From NCBI RefSeq assembly GCF_001194135.2, contig NC_068995.1, positions 54,070,846 to 54,134,845 of the forward strand: 64,000 nt of DNA, in the 5' to 3' direction. The notes under the pieces are model-generated. The model made no database searches, was not told the DNA's origin, and saw only the letters and a list, made by a program, of their open reading frames with translations. The position numbers and the translations under genes are program-made. Below, in pieces: positions 1 to 13,078 of the stretch; within the stretch, counting starts at the first letter, position 1; each line of letters begins with the position of its first letter. Source of the DNA: Octopus bimaculoides (taxonomy: Eukaryota).

Positions 1-316
1 TATAATAGTTTTCTAGCTGTATAAGACCCCTGCCACCTTCTGTGCGTTGTATATATAGCCTTTCTATGTCAGATTTTGGGTGGTGCATCCTATATCCTGT
101 CATTATTTTTCTTGTTTTCCTGTCTATTTTACATAGTTCGTTTAGTGTCCAGTTAAGGATGTTGTAGCTGTAGCTTATAACTGGGACAGCTAAAGTGTTG
201 ATACCCATTATCTTGTTTTTAGCATTGAGCTCTGTTTTTAGTATTGATCTAACTCGTCTATAGTACTCTTTCTTTATTTTTTCTTTCATTTGTGTATGTT
301 GTATCCTATCTAGTTC
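1..316 (-). mobile_element. R4/Dong-clade (RLE-type) non-LTR retrotransposon fragment, region C-terminal to the RT core; 5'-truncated, continues beyond the left edge of the window
   Basis: The minus strand from 316 is stop-free for 105 codons: ELDRIQHTQMKEKIKKEYYRRVRSILKTELNAKNKIMGINTLAVPVISYSYNILNWTLNELCKIDRKTRKIMTGYRMHHPKSDIERLYIQRTEGGRGLIQLENYY. The motifs KKEYYRRVR..L.T.LNAKNKI..INT.AVPV and HHPKSD.ERLY..R..GGRGL are typical of R4/Dong ORFs. It directly abuts (TAA)n. Confidence 0.88.
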
Positions 317-361
317 ATTATTATTATTATTATTTTTATTATTATTATTATTATTATTATT
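317..361. repeat. (TTA)n/(TAA)n microsatellite abutting the Dong-like fragment
   Basis: Read directly: attattattattattattattttttattattattattattattattatt. Confidence 0.95.
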
Positions 362-850
362 TTCTTCCACTTGAAAGTATAGCATAGTTTCAAGTTTGAG
401 TTGATATTTATTGTGCAAGTTGAACCTTGTGGCTATCATTTAATTATCCTTTACATGTAACGGTAAACGTATGGAAATTAACAGTGGCTTACTATTCTCT
501 TTTTGTTATTTCACGCATAAAGAAATCATTGTATAATCGATTTCAGTCATTTCTTAACATCTCTAATACATTCATTAGTTGCATATATAATCTTGTCAAA
601 TTTTACTCACGTTTTATTTCATTCACTCTTTAACGACTGCTTTGGCAACTTACAGCTATATAAAACATTTGATTTTACAGGCCTATATCAAATTTCCTGT
701 CAAACTAAATGTAATTAGTTACAGACTAATGTTCCGATTCGGTTCCCTTCAGTAAATACCCAGATGAATTAAACAGGCATGTCTTTAATTAGTCTATTTT
801 CCGAAGTAAACTTGTATTCACATGGAGTGAACATAATAAAACTATTCCAG

Positions 851-1052
851 TGATTCCATCCATGATATTACACGATCAGTAGGATCACAAAATAGTCGTT
901 CAAACAGCGGCAAGTTCGATGTTATTGAAGTTGTGAGAAAACAGTCACAGAAGAACAATAAGCACAATTCATCAGAATCTTCAAGGGGCAAGAACAACAT
1001 CATCAACGGAATAACGAGTGATAACGAGTGCAACTCAACGTACAAGAAATAG
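851..1052 (+). CDS. Candidate terminal coding exon of an unidentified gene (low-complexity S/N/K-rich C-terminal tail)
   Basis: Acceptor actattccag| at 850, with an in-frame stop just upstream (837-839). Then 1 nt plus 66 codons, DSIHDITRSVGSQNSRSNSGKFDVIEVVRKQSQKNNKHNSSESSRGKNNIINGITSDNECNSTYKK, and TAG at 1050-1052. The sequence is non-repetitive and more GC-rich than its flanks. No homology recognised. Confidence 0.4.
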
Positions 1053-1434
1053 AAGCTGAAGCTCTCTATTGCATTTTGCAAAATGTTGTAGAGTTTGGTC
1101 ACAGATACTTCATTTAAGTAAAAGAGAATTTCATCATAGATAGAATATCGCTGACCCTAGTTATACTCGATCATTACTGAACTAGTATCATATGTCAACA
1201 CTATAACATATGCATTTGTATTATCACCATCATCCTGATCTCTACAGCAGCACGTTCGCCTCCAATAGTAGCAACATTACTATCAACGACGTCTGCATCT
1301 ATGCATGTCCGCATGTGTGTATGTATGTATCTATTCATCCATTTATCCATCAATCCAAATATATGTTTCTGCGTATGCCTGTGCATATATATATGCATAC
1401 ATATAAATATAAATACATATATATCCATACAATC

Positions 1435-1466
<32 letters not shown>

Positions 1467-1720
1467 NNNNNNNNNNNNNNNNNNNNNNNNNNNNNNNNNN
1501 NNNNNNNNNNNNNNNNNNNNNNNNNNNNNNNNNNNNNNNNNNNNNNNNNNNNNNNNNNNNNNNNNNNNNNNNNNNNNNNNNNNNNNNNNNNNNNNNNNNN
1601 NNNNNNNNNNNNNNNNNNNNNNNNNNNNNNNNNNNNNNNNNNNNNNNNNNNNNNNNNNNNNNNNNNNNNNNNNNNNNNNNNNNNNNNNNNNNNNNTATAT
1701 ATATATATATATATATATAT
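1435..1720. repeat. (TA)n microsatellite containing an assembly gap (N 1467-1695)
   Basis: Read directly. Confidence 0.95.
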
Positions 1721-3651
1721 GTACTTACATATATACATATAATATGCACGTGCCTATGTGTGAATCATGTGTGTGCACACGTGAATGTGCACTCGCATGG
1801 GTGTTTGCTTGTACTGTATGTTTGTAACAGCATGGTGTTGTGCATATCACATGGTACATATGAGTGCACTTCATTCCGTGTGCATATACGTTGGCATGTC
1901 GTGTGTGTATGTGTATGTGTGTCCACTTGTATATATGTATATATATTTCGAAATGTCAGTAACATCAAACTCTGTGGATATATGATTTAAATCCCATTTC
2001 ATGTCTATATATTTTCATGTTCCTACCCTTTAATATATGTAATTTACACAAGGTCTGCAATGTTAATAGCTTCCATCATATTCTTGGAATTTTCATTATA
2101 GTCCTATTTACTCCGATAGCCTTATGATAATATTCTTAACAAATTTCCCATTTCCCAATAAAATACCAAACATCGATCCATTTCACGTAGTGCATTTTTC
2201 TCTATCACAAAGACCATTCACATGCACTCACTTTCTCAATAACCGTCTCTCACTGCTTCTCCCTCTCTCTCTCATTATGTCTCTCTGCCACTTATTCATG
2301 TATTTCACTCTCTGACTCTCTTCGCAAAGCACATACGCACAAACCGCTCATTGTTTTCAATTTACGTTCTCTTTTATGTCTGTCAACAATTTCTATTCTC
2401 GGTGCAAGGAAATGGGTTCGATGAAAATTCTCACTTCATAAAAGCGAGATATCCATAGTTTTTCCCGGAAAAAAATCAATTGTTTCGCCAGAGGCTCCCC
2501 CCCCCCCACTATTACTCTTATTCAAGCAAAAGGACCTTTGAGCCGTGACGATATACAATACATTTGTGGTAATCCAATACAGTTTTCAATGATTCCTTTG
2601 AACATAATTGGCGAATTTTATATTTGAGTTCAATATTCATATTTAGTAGACCGATGCGAAGTTAATGCATTCGATATTCATGGATAAACAAAAACAAGAG
2701 TAGAAAGGACACCATTTACATTTTCAATTTTACTTCATCGCTCTCAAATAAAAGCAAATATAACATTGTACTGCCAAATATTCATTAGAAACTGGTATTT
2801 TTTATCCATATGTTATTCTTTAACTACTAAGTACGATGCTAAAAAATGACGCACAGTTTCATAAACTCCTTTGTTTCAAACATTTACTATGGCAATAAAT
2901 TTCTTTTTTCTCTTGAGCTCATTCTGCGAGAACTCTGTATCATTCAGATACGATACTTGTAGATAAATGATCTGATCTTGTATTTAATTAAATCAGTCAT
3001 TGTAAAAAAAAGTAATTACTAAGACAGTCATCCCTTATCATGCAATTTTTTATTTTAGTTTCAAAGAAAGACTATTCCTTTTGATGTAACTCTTAATTAT
3101 TATTTTTTTTTTTAGTCCAATCCACATTCAGAAAACAGCATTGATCAGGATATGTTAGAACAAAAAATAATGGTTCTTTATGTAAATAATGAGATCTTAT
3201 GTTATCATATGTTTATTAGGGAAAGAAAATAATTGTAAAGATGCCTCTAATACATTATAGAATTACTAAGCTCTTGTAATCTTTTGAAATCATGCAATGT
3301 TCTATTTCAGTTACATTCACAAGTAACGAAATGAGGTTTTATGCTATCAGAATTGCATACAGTTCCACTTCTGATTGCCTTCAGATCACGAGTCCTGTCA
3401 CCGCATTAGTGCATGGTTTGCAGTCACTAAATGATAAGGTACACATTCAACCCATATTCGGAGCCATTTTTAGTTCATTAAGAGAAAAAAATCGTTAATT
3501 TTGCAAAACATAACTCGTTTGCACCTACCATACCAGGCACACACGCACCAACAAGTACATACACATATTACTCACGCGCAACGAGCACACACACACTTAC
3601 GCTTCATTTGTCTGAGAAAGCCACTGCCTGGTACTGCATCGGGGTATTTAC

Positions 3652-3736
<85 letters not shown>

Positions 3737-3827
3737 GTTATTGTTATCATTATTTATTATCATTATCGACTTTATTGAGTCATTCGTCCATTCATTCATG
3801 CATTCTTCTTCTTCTTCTTCTTCTTCT
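3652..3827. repeat. (TTA)n (~3652-3736) followed by (TTC)n (~3804-3827)
   Basis: Read directly. Confidence 0.95.
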
Positions 3828-4665
3828 GAATTCAACGTGTTTTTGCTGCATTCCCAGACATTGCTGTGGCCCCGGGGTATATGCAGAATCCTAACTTTTG
3901 ATGTTTACTGCAATGTTGCGATTATTACAATTTTGTTCATAACAACATCGACTTCGCTATAAATAGAAATATATTTAGACACGCAGAGAAACTATTTACA
4001 TGAGAATTATAAATTGATGTGGCATAGCTTGTAGCTGTGTGATGTTAGATAAATTAAATTCAAGAGAATTATTAAAATAAAGTAGAATTCTAGGTTGCCA
4101 AATGTAATAAAATTACTAAAGGTGATGATTTGCTGGAAGCAGTTAATCGGCGTAGTATATGATTTACAGAAATATACCTTAATACTTCTCCATAATGAAT
4201 CTAAAAGCGCGAGGCATAATTTCAGCTTTCATCGCTTTGCGGTGTAAAAATACAATATATCATGAATGTACGTAGGTCGACTCAATGATATTCTATAGAT
4301 GTTACGCTATCATTATCTTTATGGTGTTTTTCGCTTCGTGTCTGTTTAAAATCGTGTTTAAAAATCATTAACCGTCGAAGGCTGCACAAAGGACACATCT
4401 CAAACACCTTTTTCTAAAAACAATGCAAATTAGCACTTCCTTTCCCTGTATATCTTTTCTATATCGTAGCAATTCTCAGTTATCCTCTCTTGCGAAATAA
4501 ATATTATATAAATGTAAGGCATCTCATCCGATATGTTTGTTATAAGTAGAAGTCTGTAGGAATTCTATTTATATGTAAAATATAGAACACATAAAAATAC
4601 ACCAACATCAAAACTGTACAGAGGAACCGTAATGTTAGTAATACAAGGCTCTCGTTGAATAATCA

Positions 4666-4737
4666 TTTCTACTATCGGCACAAGGCCTGAAAGTTGAGGG
4701 AGGAGGTACATCGATTAAGTCGACCCCAGTACTCAAT
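4666..4737 (-). mobile_element. SINE family B (tRNA head plus gtcgactttgcctttcatcctttcggggtcgataaa domain), 3' fragment
   Basis: tttctactatcggcacaaggcc...atcgattaagtcgaccccagtactcaa matches the 3' end of the copies at 8943 and 58014. Confidence 0.75.
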
Positions 4738-5154
4738 CTATTACCTCTCACTATATGTAAACACAGACTGAGAATGAATTAAATACATTTAGAAAACTAT
4801 TATTTTCAGTTCGTAAATCTACAAACAGGAGCGTTGATATCCCAGTATTAATTGAGTTCGCTTTCTGCCAAATTGACACTTAAATCTGATCACTAGAGTT
4901 ATATCCTAAACTATTTTTGAAAATATATTTACTTTTCCGTGCGTGTTTTTTCTAAGTGAAGTCTCCGCGACTTCCTAGCGAACATTTCTGAGCATATATA
5001 AATTCAAAATTCAAATAAATTATCATTATCTTAAAAAAAAAAAACAACCTAAAATGGTGTAGTAAAGATTCCAAATATGCAAAAATATATATCAGAATTT
5101 TTATCAGTCATTTGTTCAAAATTTAGCACTTCGAAATAATCTTGTTTCTATGTC

Positions 5155-6035
5155 CTATCTATCTATCTATCTATCTATCTATCAATCTATCTATCTATCT
5201 ATATATATATATATATATATNNNNNNNNNNNNNNNNNNNNNNNNNNNNNNNNNNNNNNNNNNNNNNNNNNNNNNNNNNNNNNNNNNNNNNNNNNNNNNNN
5301 NNNNNNNNNNNNNNNNNNNNNNNNNNNNNNNNNNNNNNNNNNNNNNNNNNNNNNNNNNNNNNNNNNNNNNNNNNNNNNNNNNNNNNNNNNNNNNNNNNNN
5401 NNNNNNNNNNNNNNNNNNNNNNNNNNNNNNNNNNNNNNNNNNNNNNNNNNNNNNNNNNNNNNNNNNNNNNNNNNNNNNNNNNNNNNNNNNNNNNNNNNNN
5501 NNNNNNNNNNNNNNNNNNNNNNNNNNNNNNNNNNNNNNNNNNNNNNNNNNNNNNNNNNNNNNNNNNNNNNNNNNNNNNNNNNNNNNNNNNNNNNNNNNNN
5601 NNNNNNNNNNNNNNNNNNNNNNNNNNNNNNNNNNNNNNNNNNNNNNNNNNNNNNNNNNNNNNNNNNNNNNNNNNNNNNNNNNNNNNNNNNNNNNNNNNNN
5701 NNNNNNNNNNNNNNNNNNNNNNNNNNNNNNNNNNNNNNNNNNNNNNNNNNNNNNNNNNNNNNNNNNNNNNNNNNNNNNNNNNNNNNNNNNNNNNNNNNNN
5801 NNNNNNNNNNNNNNNNNNNNNNNNNNNNNNNNNNNNNNNNNNNNNNNNNNNNNNNNNNNNNNNNNNNNNNNNNNNNNNNNNNNNNNNNNNNNNNNNNNNN
5901 NNNNNNNNNNNNNNNNNNNNNNNNNNNNNNNNNNNNNNNNNNNNNNNNNNNNNNNNNNNNNNNNNNNNNNNNNNNNNNNNNNNNNNNNNNNNNNTATATA
6001 TATATATATTTATATTTATATATATATATATATAT
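5155..6035. repeat. (TCTA)n-(TA)n compound microsatellite with assembly gap (N 5221-5995)
   Basis: Read directly. Confidence 0.95.
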
Positions 6036-7008
6036 ACAGGTACTCACAAACTTGTGTAGGTGTATACGCACGAATATATTATCAGTACTGACTATTTACT
6101 TTAAAGGTTTAGCTGATATTGGTTCCTAAATTCAGGCTCTGTTGAGAATCCAGTCTCTATGAGAATTTCACATAAATGCTTAGTATTGAAGACCAGCATT
6201 ATTTTGTGTCGGCAGTCAGTATTTCACTCATTTAGTATTTCTGTGCTTGGTTAATGCACTTATGTACTCAAATCTATAACACAAGGGAATAAGTGTGTGT
6301 ATGGTCTGTGTGTGAGTGAGTGTTTATGTGTGTATGTTGTAGAAAGTGAGATGAAACTGATATATATATGTTGCTCATATCGTTTCGTTTTCTATATACC
6401 TGTCTAATCTTGCTAATAAACTTATCTTCCATTTGAAACTGATGGAACTATGACATATGACTGGAAATGGGGAATATACATATCTTCATTTTGGCATCTA
6501 GTTCATTCTTAAGTATTAATGGAATGTGTTTCTTATGTTATTTCCTAATCTTCACTTTCGTTTGCTTGTTATAGTTTTTTTTCTTTAATTTCGTTAATTC
6601 TTAAGAAGTTTTAAGTCTGTACTTGGACTAATTCTTTCATCTCTGTTTCGTTGTTTAATACGTCATTAGTGTTTCTTAATTAAATTTACAGTCATCATGT
6701 GATGCCTCCATATACTTTTTCGAATCCATAGTTCATGTCTGTTTTTCTACGAAATCTCCAGGATTTATGTAACTCTCGTCTTGATGTTCAAATGAAATGC
6801 AATAAGTCAAAACATCCCTATACAAAATATAGTTAAATTATCACTTAATGTAATTTGTATCCAATCTACCTTATTTCTTTGAATAAAAAGTATTAATTCT
6901 GTGCCGAGTATGAATCAAGGAACGTAATTGCCTGATATTCTGCTCTTCTAATATAGTTGGCATATGTTTAGCTTTACATTCTTTCCTTCTCTTTTATGTA
7001 TTTATATA

Positions 7009-7190
7009 TAGGCACAGGCATGGTTGTGTAGTAAACAAAAAGCTTGGCGACCACTTGACACCGGTAAAATAATTACTAGGTGTGAAACAGATTCTGTCAT
7101 CGATGAGTTCCACCAAATCCCTTGAAGGCCGTGACTCAGCATATGTGTGGTTAGGTGAGTGAAACAGTCAAAACGATGCCACAAAACTTT
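7009..7190 (+). mobile_element. SINE family A, highly degraded and internally deleted copy
   Basis: The head ataggcacaggcatggttgtgtagtaa...aagcttg and the tail-like cccttgaaggccgtgactcagcat resemble the other family A copies in the window. Confidence 0.5.
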
Positions 7191-7894
7191 GTAGATTGGT
7201 GAATCACTCTTTCTTTGTTTTGAGCTTAAGTATGGATGACCTCGGGAACACATTCAGATTTCTGTGTCTATTAAATATTTCAACCAGTTCTTTCTAACAA
7301 CATTTTCTTAATATTATCCGCTTGTTTCATTGGTTTTGTGTTCTACCTATTTACAACGTAGACATTGTTTCCTGTGATTGCTTTGTGCTGCCTATAATAT
7401 TTGGACCACTATTTGTTTATGCGAATCACTTCTTTCCTAATAGTTTTCCAAATGATACCTCTACTTCTCATCCTGTCGGAGCTGCATTTATTTCTTCTAT
7501 GTTATTATTTGCTGCAATGCAATATTGCCTTCCGTTTGAATTTAAAACATCATCATCACAATTTTTGTCACGACAAATTCATTGGAAATAAGTATATTTC
7601 ATTTGAGGAGAGAAACTGGAAGAGGGGAGTGCAGAGTATTCCGGGATTTTTGCATGAGATTTACCCTGGATTACTCGAAATGGAATGCTCCATTATCGGG
7701 GATTCTGATTATTTATTGATAAATTATGTATTTCTCTAAATCTATTTATATAACCTTTGTTATATCATTTAATGTGGTAGAGTCTCCCTTGATCGATGTA
7801 AAAACACCTATTGTTTGTTTTTGCTTTTGTCTGTAACTCATCCTTTGATATCATCTGCCATGTCTTGTGGCCTTGTAGCCAATAATAGAAATGC

Positions 7895-7895
<1 letters not shown>

Positions 7896-7945
<50 letters not shown>
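7896..7945. repeat. (TTA)n microsatellite
   Basis: Read directly. Confidence 0.95.
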
Positions 7946-7946
<1 letters not shown>

Positions 7947-8942
7947 ATTCGACTACAAGGATAATCGAGATATGATGGCGATTCGCTGTATCATTCACAC
8001 ATAAAATTTTACTCTTGCAATGTTTTATTAGTCACCAGATGAATTGAAGAATTCAATAAAGGTTTTAAGCAGAGAAAAGCCTATTCAGAGCCCGAAACAC
8101 TGCTCAAAAATGTTCTGTAACTACATGAGCTTATGCTTTATTTTCTTCATAAATCAAACCTAAACTGCATAAAAAAAGCCTCTTGCACGAAGATGGACTT
8201 TGTTTCGTATCACGTCGACTTCCTGTTTATGAAATCCAAACTTTACAAAATATCAGCAGGACATGAATTCAGATTCCAGATTCCCTTGCTGATAGTTTTG
8301 GTAATTCAATTGTATCAGAGACAGAAATACAAGTTAAGCAGATGACACTCCTGGATTACAAACTAAAGCTATTATTTGTTAGCAAACCGGGTTTGAATTT
8401 CCTTAAAAATAACTTTTGGTTTTCTGTTTATATGCAGTATGATGAGATAGACGAGCTAATGCCCTTCAAAAATCTTAGCAATATTACAACGATCATGAAT
8501 GAAACAACACTTCATGTAACTGGATATCAAGGTTTATTCTTCTGATAAAACGAAGTAGTCAAGAAGCACTTTCACGTAACATATATGAGTGACGTATTTT
8601 GGAATTGATATGAATATGAATAAAAATACAGGACATCTCACATTGGTGAGTGTGACAATCTTCGAGAAATATGATCTGAATGATTTTCTTCGGATTTCTA
8701 GTTTAGATTTTCTGACACAGGTCAATATATGCATTAAATCAAACGAAAGTTTCGTGTTTTGATGATTTCATTATTATCAGTCTTTTGGTTTTGACGACAC
8801 ATAATAAAATGCTTTGGGCCCTTCCCAAACGAATAAAATATTCATCATCCATTGAAATGAATATTGTTACTCAGATTTTTTTTTGATTGATAAAAGAATG
8901 TTATCATAATTACCATCGTCATAACAAAATAAAGGAAATATT

Positions 8943-9075
8943 CTTTTGTACTCTAGGCACAAGGCCCGAAATTTTAAGGGAGGGGGGTCAATCGATTCGA
9001 TTGACCCCAGTACGCAAATAGTACTTAATTTATCGACCGCGAGAGGACGAAAAGCAGAGTCGACCGCGACTTGAA
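8943..9075 (-). mobile_element. SINE family B, 5'-truncated copy
   Basis: ctctaggcacaaggcccgaaatttt...gaccccagtacgcaaatagtacttaatttatcgaccgcgagaggacgaaaagcagagtcgacc. Confidence 0.85.
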
Positions 9076-9105
9076 AAAATAATGGAAATACTATTGGAAT
9101 ACTTG

Positions 9106-9320
9106 GGCGGCGAGCTGGCAAAATCGTTAGAATGCTGGACAAAATGCGCAAAGTCATTTCGCCAGTCTTTACGTTCTGAGTTCGAATTCCGCCGAGGTCG
9201 ACATTCCATTTTATCATTTCGGTGTCGGTAAAATAAGTACAAATTGTGCACTGAGGTCGAAGTAATCGACTTAGCCGGCCTCTAAAATTGCTGGCCTTGT
9301 GCCAAAATTTGAAACCAATA
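9106..9320 (+). mobile_element. SINE family B, full-length copy
   Basis: Head ggcggcgagctggcaaaatcgttag, B-box-like gagttcgaattcc, central gaggtcgac...tttcggtgtcggtaaaataagtac, and tail ggccttgtgccaaaatttgaaacc. Confidence 0.88.
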
Positions 9321-9613
9321 TTCATGGAAGCCATTTCGAAATAAAGTAAGATTTGAAAACGTTTGGTCACATAGGGTGGGGTGAAGTAGATAACCCACCC
9401 ATGCACTTATACAGAAAGGTTTTAAGAAATAAATTCATACTCTCTTATATGTGAACACACACGTACAGAAACAAACAGAAATATGTACACTCTGTAGTAT
9501 GTGGTAAATTTAGTAAGAAATAATCCTGTTCTTGATGATATTCAAAGATCATCTTATTATATAAAGTCTCAGTTAGATTGGAACTAAGCCACAGTCATTA
9601 TTCAAAATGGGGA

Positions 9614-9830
9614 GGCGACGAGCCGGCAGAATCGTTAGCATGCCGGGCAAAATACTTCGCGGCATTTCCTCCGTCCTTACGTATTGAGTTAGAATTCCAC
9701 CGAGGTCAACTGTCCCCTTCATACTTTCGGATGTCAATGAGATAATGTCAGTTGAGTACTGGGGTCGATGTAATCGACTCATCAAATCCCCCCTCCCCCA
9801 TATTTCAGGCTTTGCGCCAATAATAGAAAT
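9614..9830 (+). mobile_element. SINE family B, full-length diverged copy
   Basis: ggcgacgagccggcagaatcgttagcatgccgggc...gagttagaattccaccgaggtcaac...tactggggtcgatgtaatcgact. Confidence 0.85.
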
Positions 9831-11091
9831 GATTGTTGCTGTTAAAATTATATTATTTGTACAGTTTATATTCTGTATGCTTAAGCAGACTAATTTCGCA
9901 ACAACAACTGTTTTGCTTATTCTACATTCACATAGAAAAATCTGATATAATATCACCATATTTAATTATAAGGAACTTTATCATGCTATTATAATCTAGC
10001 AACAATACGCAAATACTATTAACAGTTTTCAGGTCGTGTTAGGTCGATTATGATATAAATCTATTCTAAATAAAGTTAATTCGAAGACATATATTACGCT
10101 TGAACCTAACTCCCCATATTTACCAGACTGTCTCATTTGGATTACGTGTCACAGCTATTTCATTTTTAATTTTGCCAGTCATACTAGTAAAACTCAGCAA
10201 CGTTTTATATCGATACAAAAGTCTACGGTGGTTAAAGGGATAGACTAGTTTACACCGTTGAGATTGTTATTACTAATTGTTACTGGCCTGCATACGAAAG
10301 TCAGACTTTCTTTCCCGCTAACATATGAAGTAATATTGTGAGATTATTTTATACCATCTTGAAAATAAGTTTCGTTTTCTAACAGTTGCCTTTAGTTTTT
10401 TTTTTAATTTCTCAAGAAAAGCTATAATTAATTAGGGATTCTTTTTTTTTTTCGGCTCAGAGTACGGTATAACGCTCTTTAACTTAATCATCAAAATTAA
10501 TTCTATTAGGCCCGTTGAGTTATTTTCCTTAGATCATTTTATTTCGAATGATATATAGATCTTCATAAATTAAACAGCAAAACACCAAAAGCATTATTCG
10601 GATGAAAAACAAAAGCCTCGAGACGCTCTAGAAACTGAGATAAATTACAGAAATAACAACGTTCACTATTTGTTGACTAATGATCAATTGTAGAAATTTA
10701 TTTCCGATATACAAACAGAATGGATTTGTTTTTGCAAGTCTCGTATCCAACCATTCAGACATTGCCCACTTCACTATCTTTCAGCTACTGTCTTATTTAC
10801 AATCGATCATTTTAGATGAGTAAATATCTTCCGCTTTTACATATTAGCAAACACCACGTCTGACAGTGGTGTCTTCTCATATATTAGTGCATTGATTATA
10901 CTCTTGAAAACGAAAAGGTCGTGTTTCTCGGTCATCTAATATCTGTTTCTAGGAAAGTATATTCCGCTACTCACAAGTAGACAGCCCACATATATTCCTA
11001 TATAGAAAAGTTTTACCATGCTCTCTTACACGTGAACACACGTACAGAAACAAACACACACATGTACATGTATACAGATATACACATACAT

Positions 11092-11146
<55 letters not shown>

Positions 11147-12493
11147 GACGATTCAATAACGATAAGAATGGAAGCACATTTTGCCTGCACTATTAATGTA
11201 CGGAACAACAGAAACGGAGTCATGTTCTTAAAGAACTGTTTCATGTCTGAAAGGAGTAGACGACGCGGCTTTCTCCTTCAGACAATAACGTACTTTAGCT
11301 GCTTATGACGCGGCTAAATTCCATAGCCGAATTTCTATATTTTCACATTTGAAGGCTCACCATTTGTTAAACGTTATGTATTTATGCACAATACAGTTTA
11401 AAAATGAACAAAATTAACCGAGTTTTAAAAATTAGAAAGACTCATATTTAAAAAATTGAAATAAAAGTGTAAATCCAGTTTCTATATATTATAGATGTGC
11501 AGGAAAAATAGTGTAACATTCCCGTCACAGACTATTTCACAAGAGGTACTGATTAAAGATGGAATCCAGGTGTGTCTTTTCTGACGACAGTTCAACAAGC
11601 CATGAAGCAATCCCTTACGTGTTCCCTCTCCGTCTTCTATCCCTCATAACAGCATTTTAGAACGAATGTGTTTTTATCATTTTTATATAACTCATATTCG
11701 TATCTCTCTATCTCTCTATCTATTAATGAACGTCAAAAGCATAGACGTCCTGTTATTAATTTTATCGATTCACAACTATGTCTGCTCTAGAATGCAGCGC
11801 ACTAAAAGCCGATGGCTCGTGCTGTATTTTATAGCGTTTTCGAAGGTTTTTAATTGAAGCGTATATATAACTTTTAACTCTTCATCTTGTCAGTCATCAA
11901 ACTGCGGTATTGCTGGAGCATTCATAGGTACCGAGTAAGTCAAAACATATCCCATCAACACTCTGTTCTAGTGCAGTGCGTCTTATTGTAGAAATAGCTG
12001 TCTTATTATAAAAGTAATTCCGTAACTCCTGATGTTTGAAATTCATAAGAGGAAACAGCAAATATAATAACACCTATTTGCAATAAGTTTGTTGACAAAA
12101 TAATGAGGGGTGCTCTGATGGATTAGTTTGACTTCTGTTTTTGGTATTTCATCAGTGATGAAATATCATTTTTTTTTCAATCTACGGAGAGTCGGCTAAA
12201 CATCAACACAATCACAGATACGATGGTCTTAAGCAAAATGTATCGGTTGGTAGACATATACAAGGTACACTTGGCGACCAATTCCATTAAGAATTAACTG
12301 AGGCGTTAACATTACTTTGTCCTAATGATATACTTAGAATGCTATAGAATATATTTGTATACACAGTTCCAGTTAACATCGTATGCGCAGACAAATTCTA
12401 CACGCGTCAGTAATTTATATATACATAGATACATGCATATGAATATATATATATATACATACATGTATATGTATATATATATACATACTTGTC

Positions 12494-12536
<43 letters not shown>

Positions 12537-12601
12537 AATATATATATGTATATATATATTCATGTATAATTATACACATATGTATGTATGTGTATACATA
12601 A

Positions 12602-12639
<38 letters not shown>

Positions 12640-13002
12640 GCCCACATATATCTGTATATGTATTGAGGATGTGTATTCTGTGGTAATATATGTAAGTTTG
12701 TTTTAACTTATATCACTTTGAACGCGTGACAATTTATTTTCTTTCTTTCACCTTTCCCTCTTCGGCTGTGTGTGTTTTGATCTTCTAATTTAATGTTCAT
12801 TGCACAACAAACGCGCAATGACACACACACATGCGCACTCACATGTACGCAAACACACATGTACACACACACACCTACCCACACTCACGTACGCATTTTA
12901 TTTTTCGAACTTTACAATTCTGTTGAGTTGATGTTCTTGACGCATACCACCATTAACTTCCTTGGTCTCTGATGTATTGTGTGTGTGTGTATATGGTTGT
13001 GG

Positions 13003-13078
<76 letters not shown>

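Noticed and set aside
842-1102. Minus-strand 86-aa hydrophobic ORF (superficially membrane-protein-like)
   Set aside because: It is the in-register antisense of the better-supported plus-strand exon candidate at 851-1052; the hydrophobicity reflects the A-rich plus strand.
7322-7739. Overlapping plus-strand ORFs of 89 and 112 aa
   Set aside because: They are T-rich F/L/I-biased translations with no motifs, and the opposite strand has several stops; not assignable.
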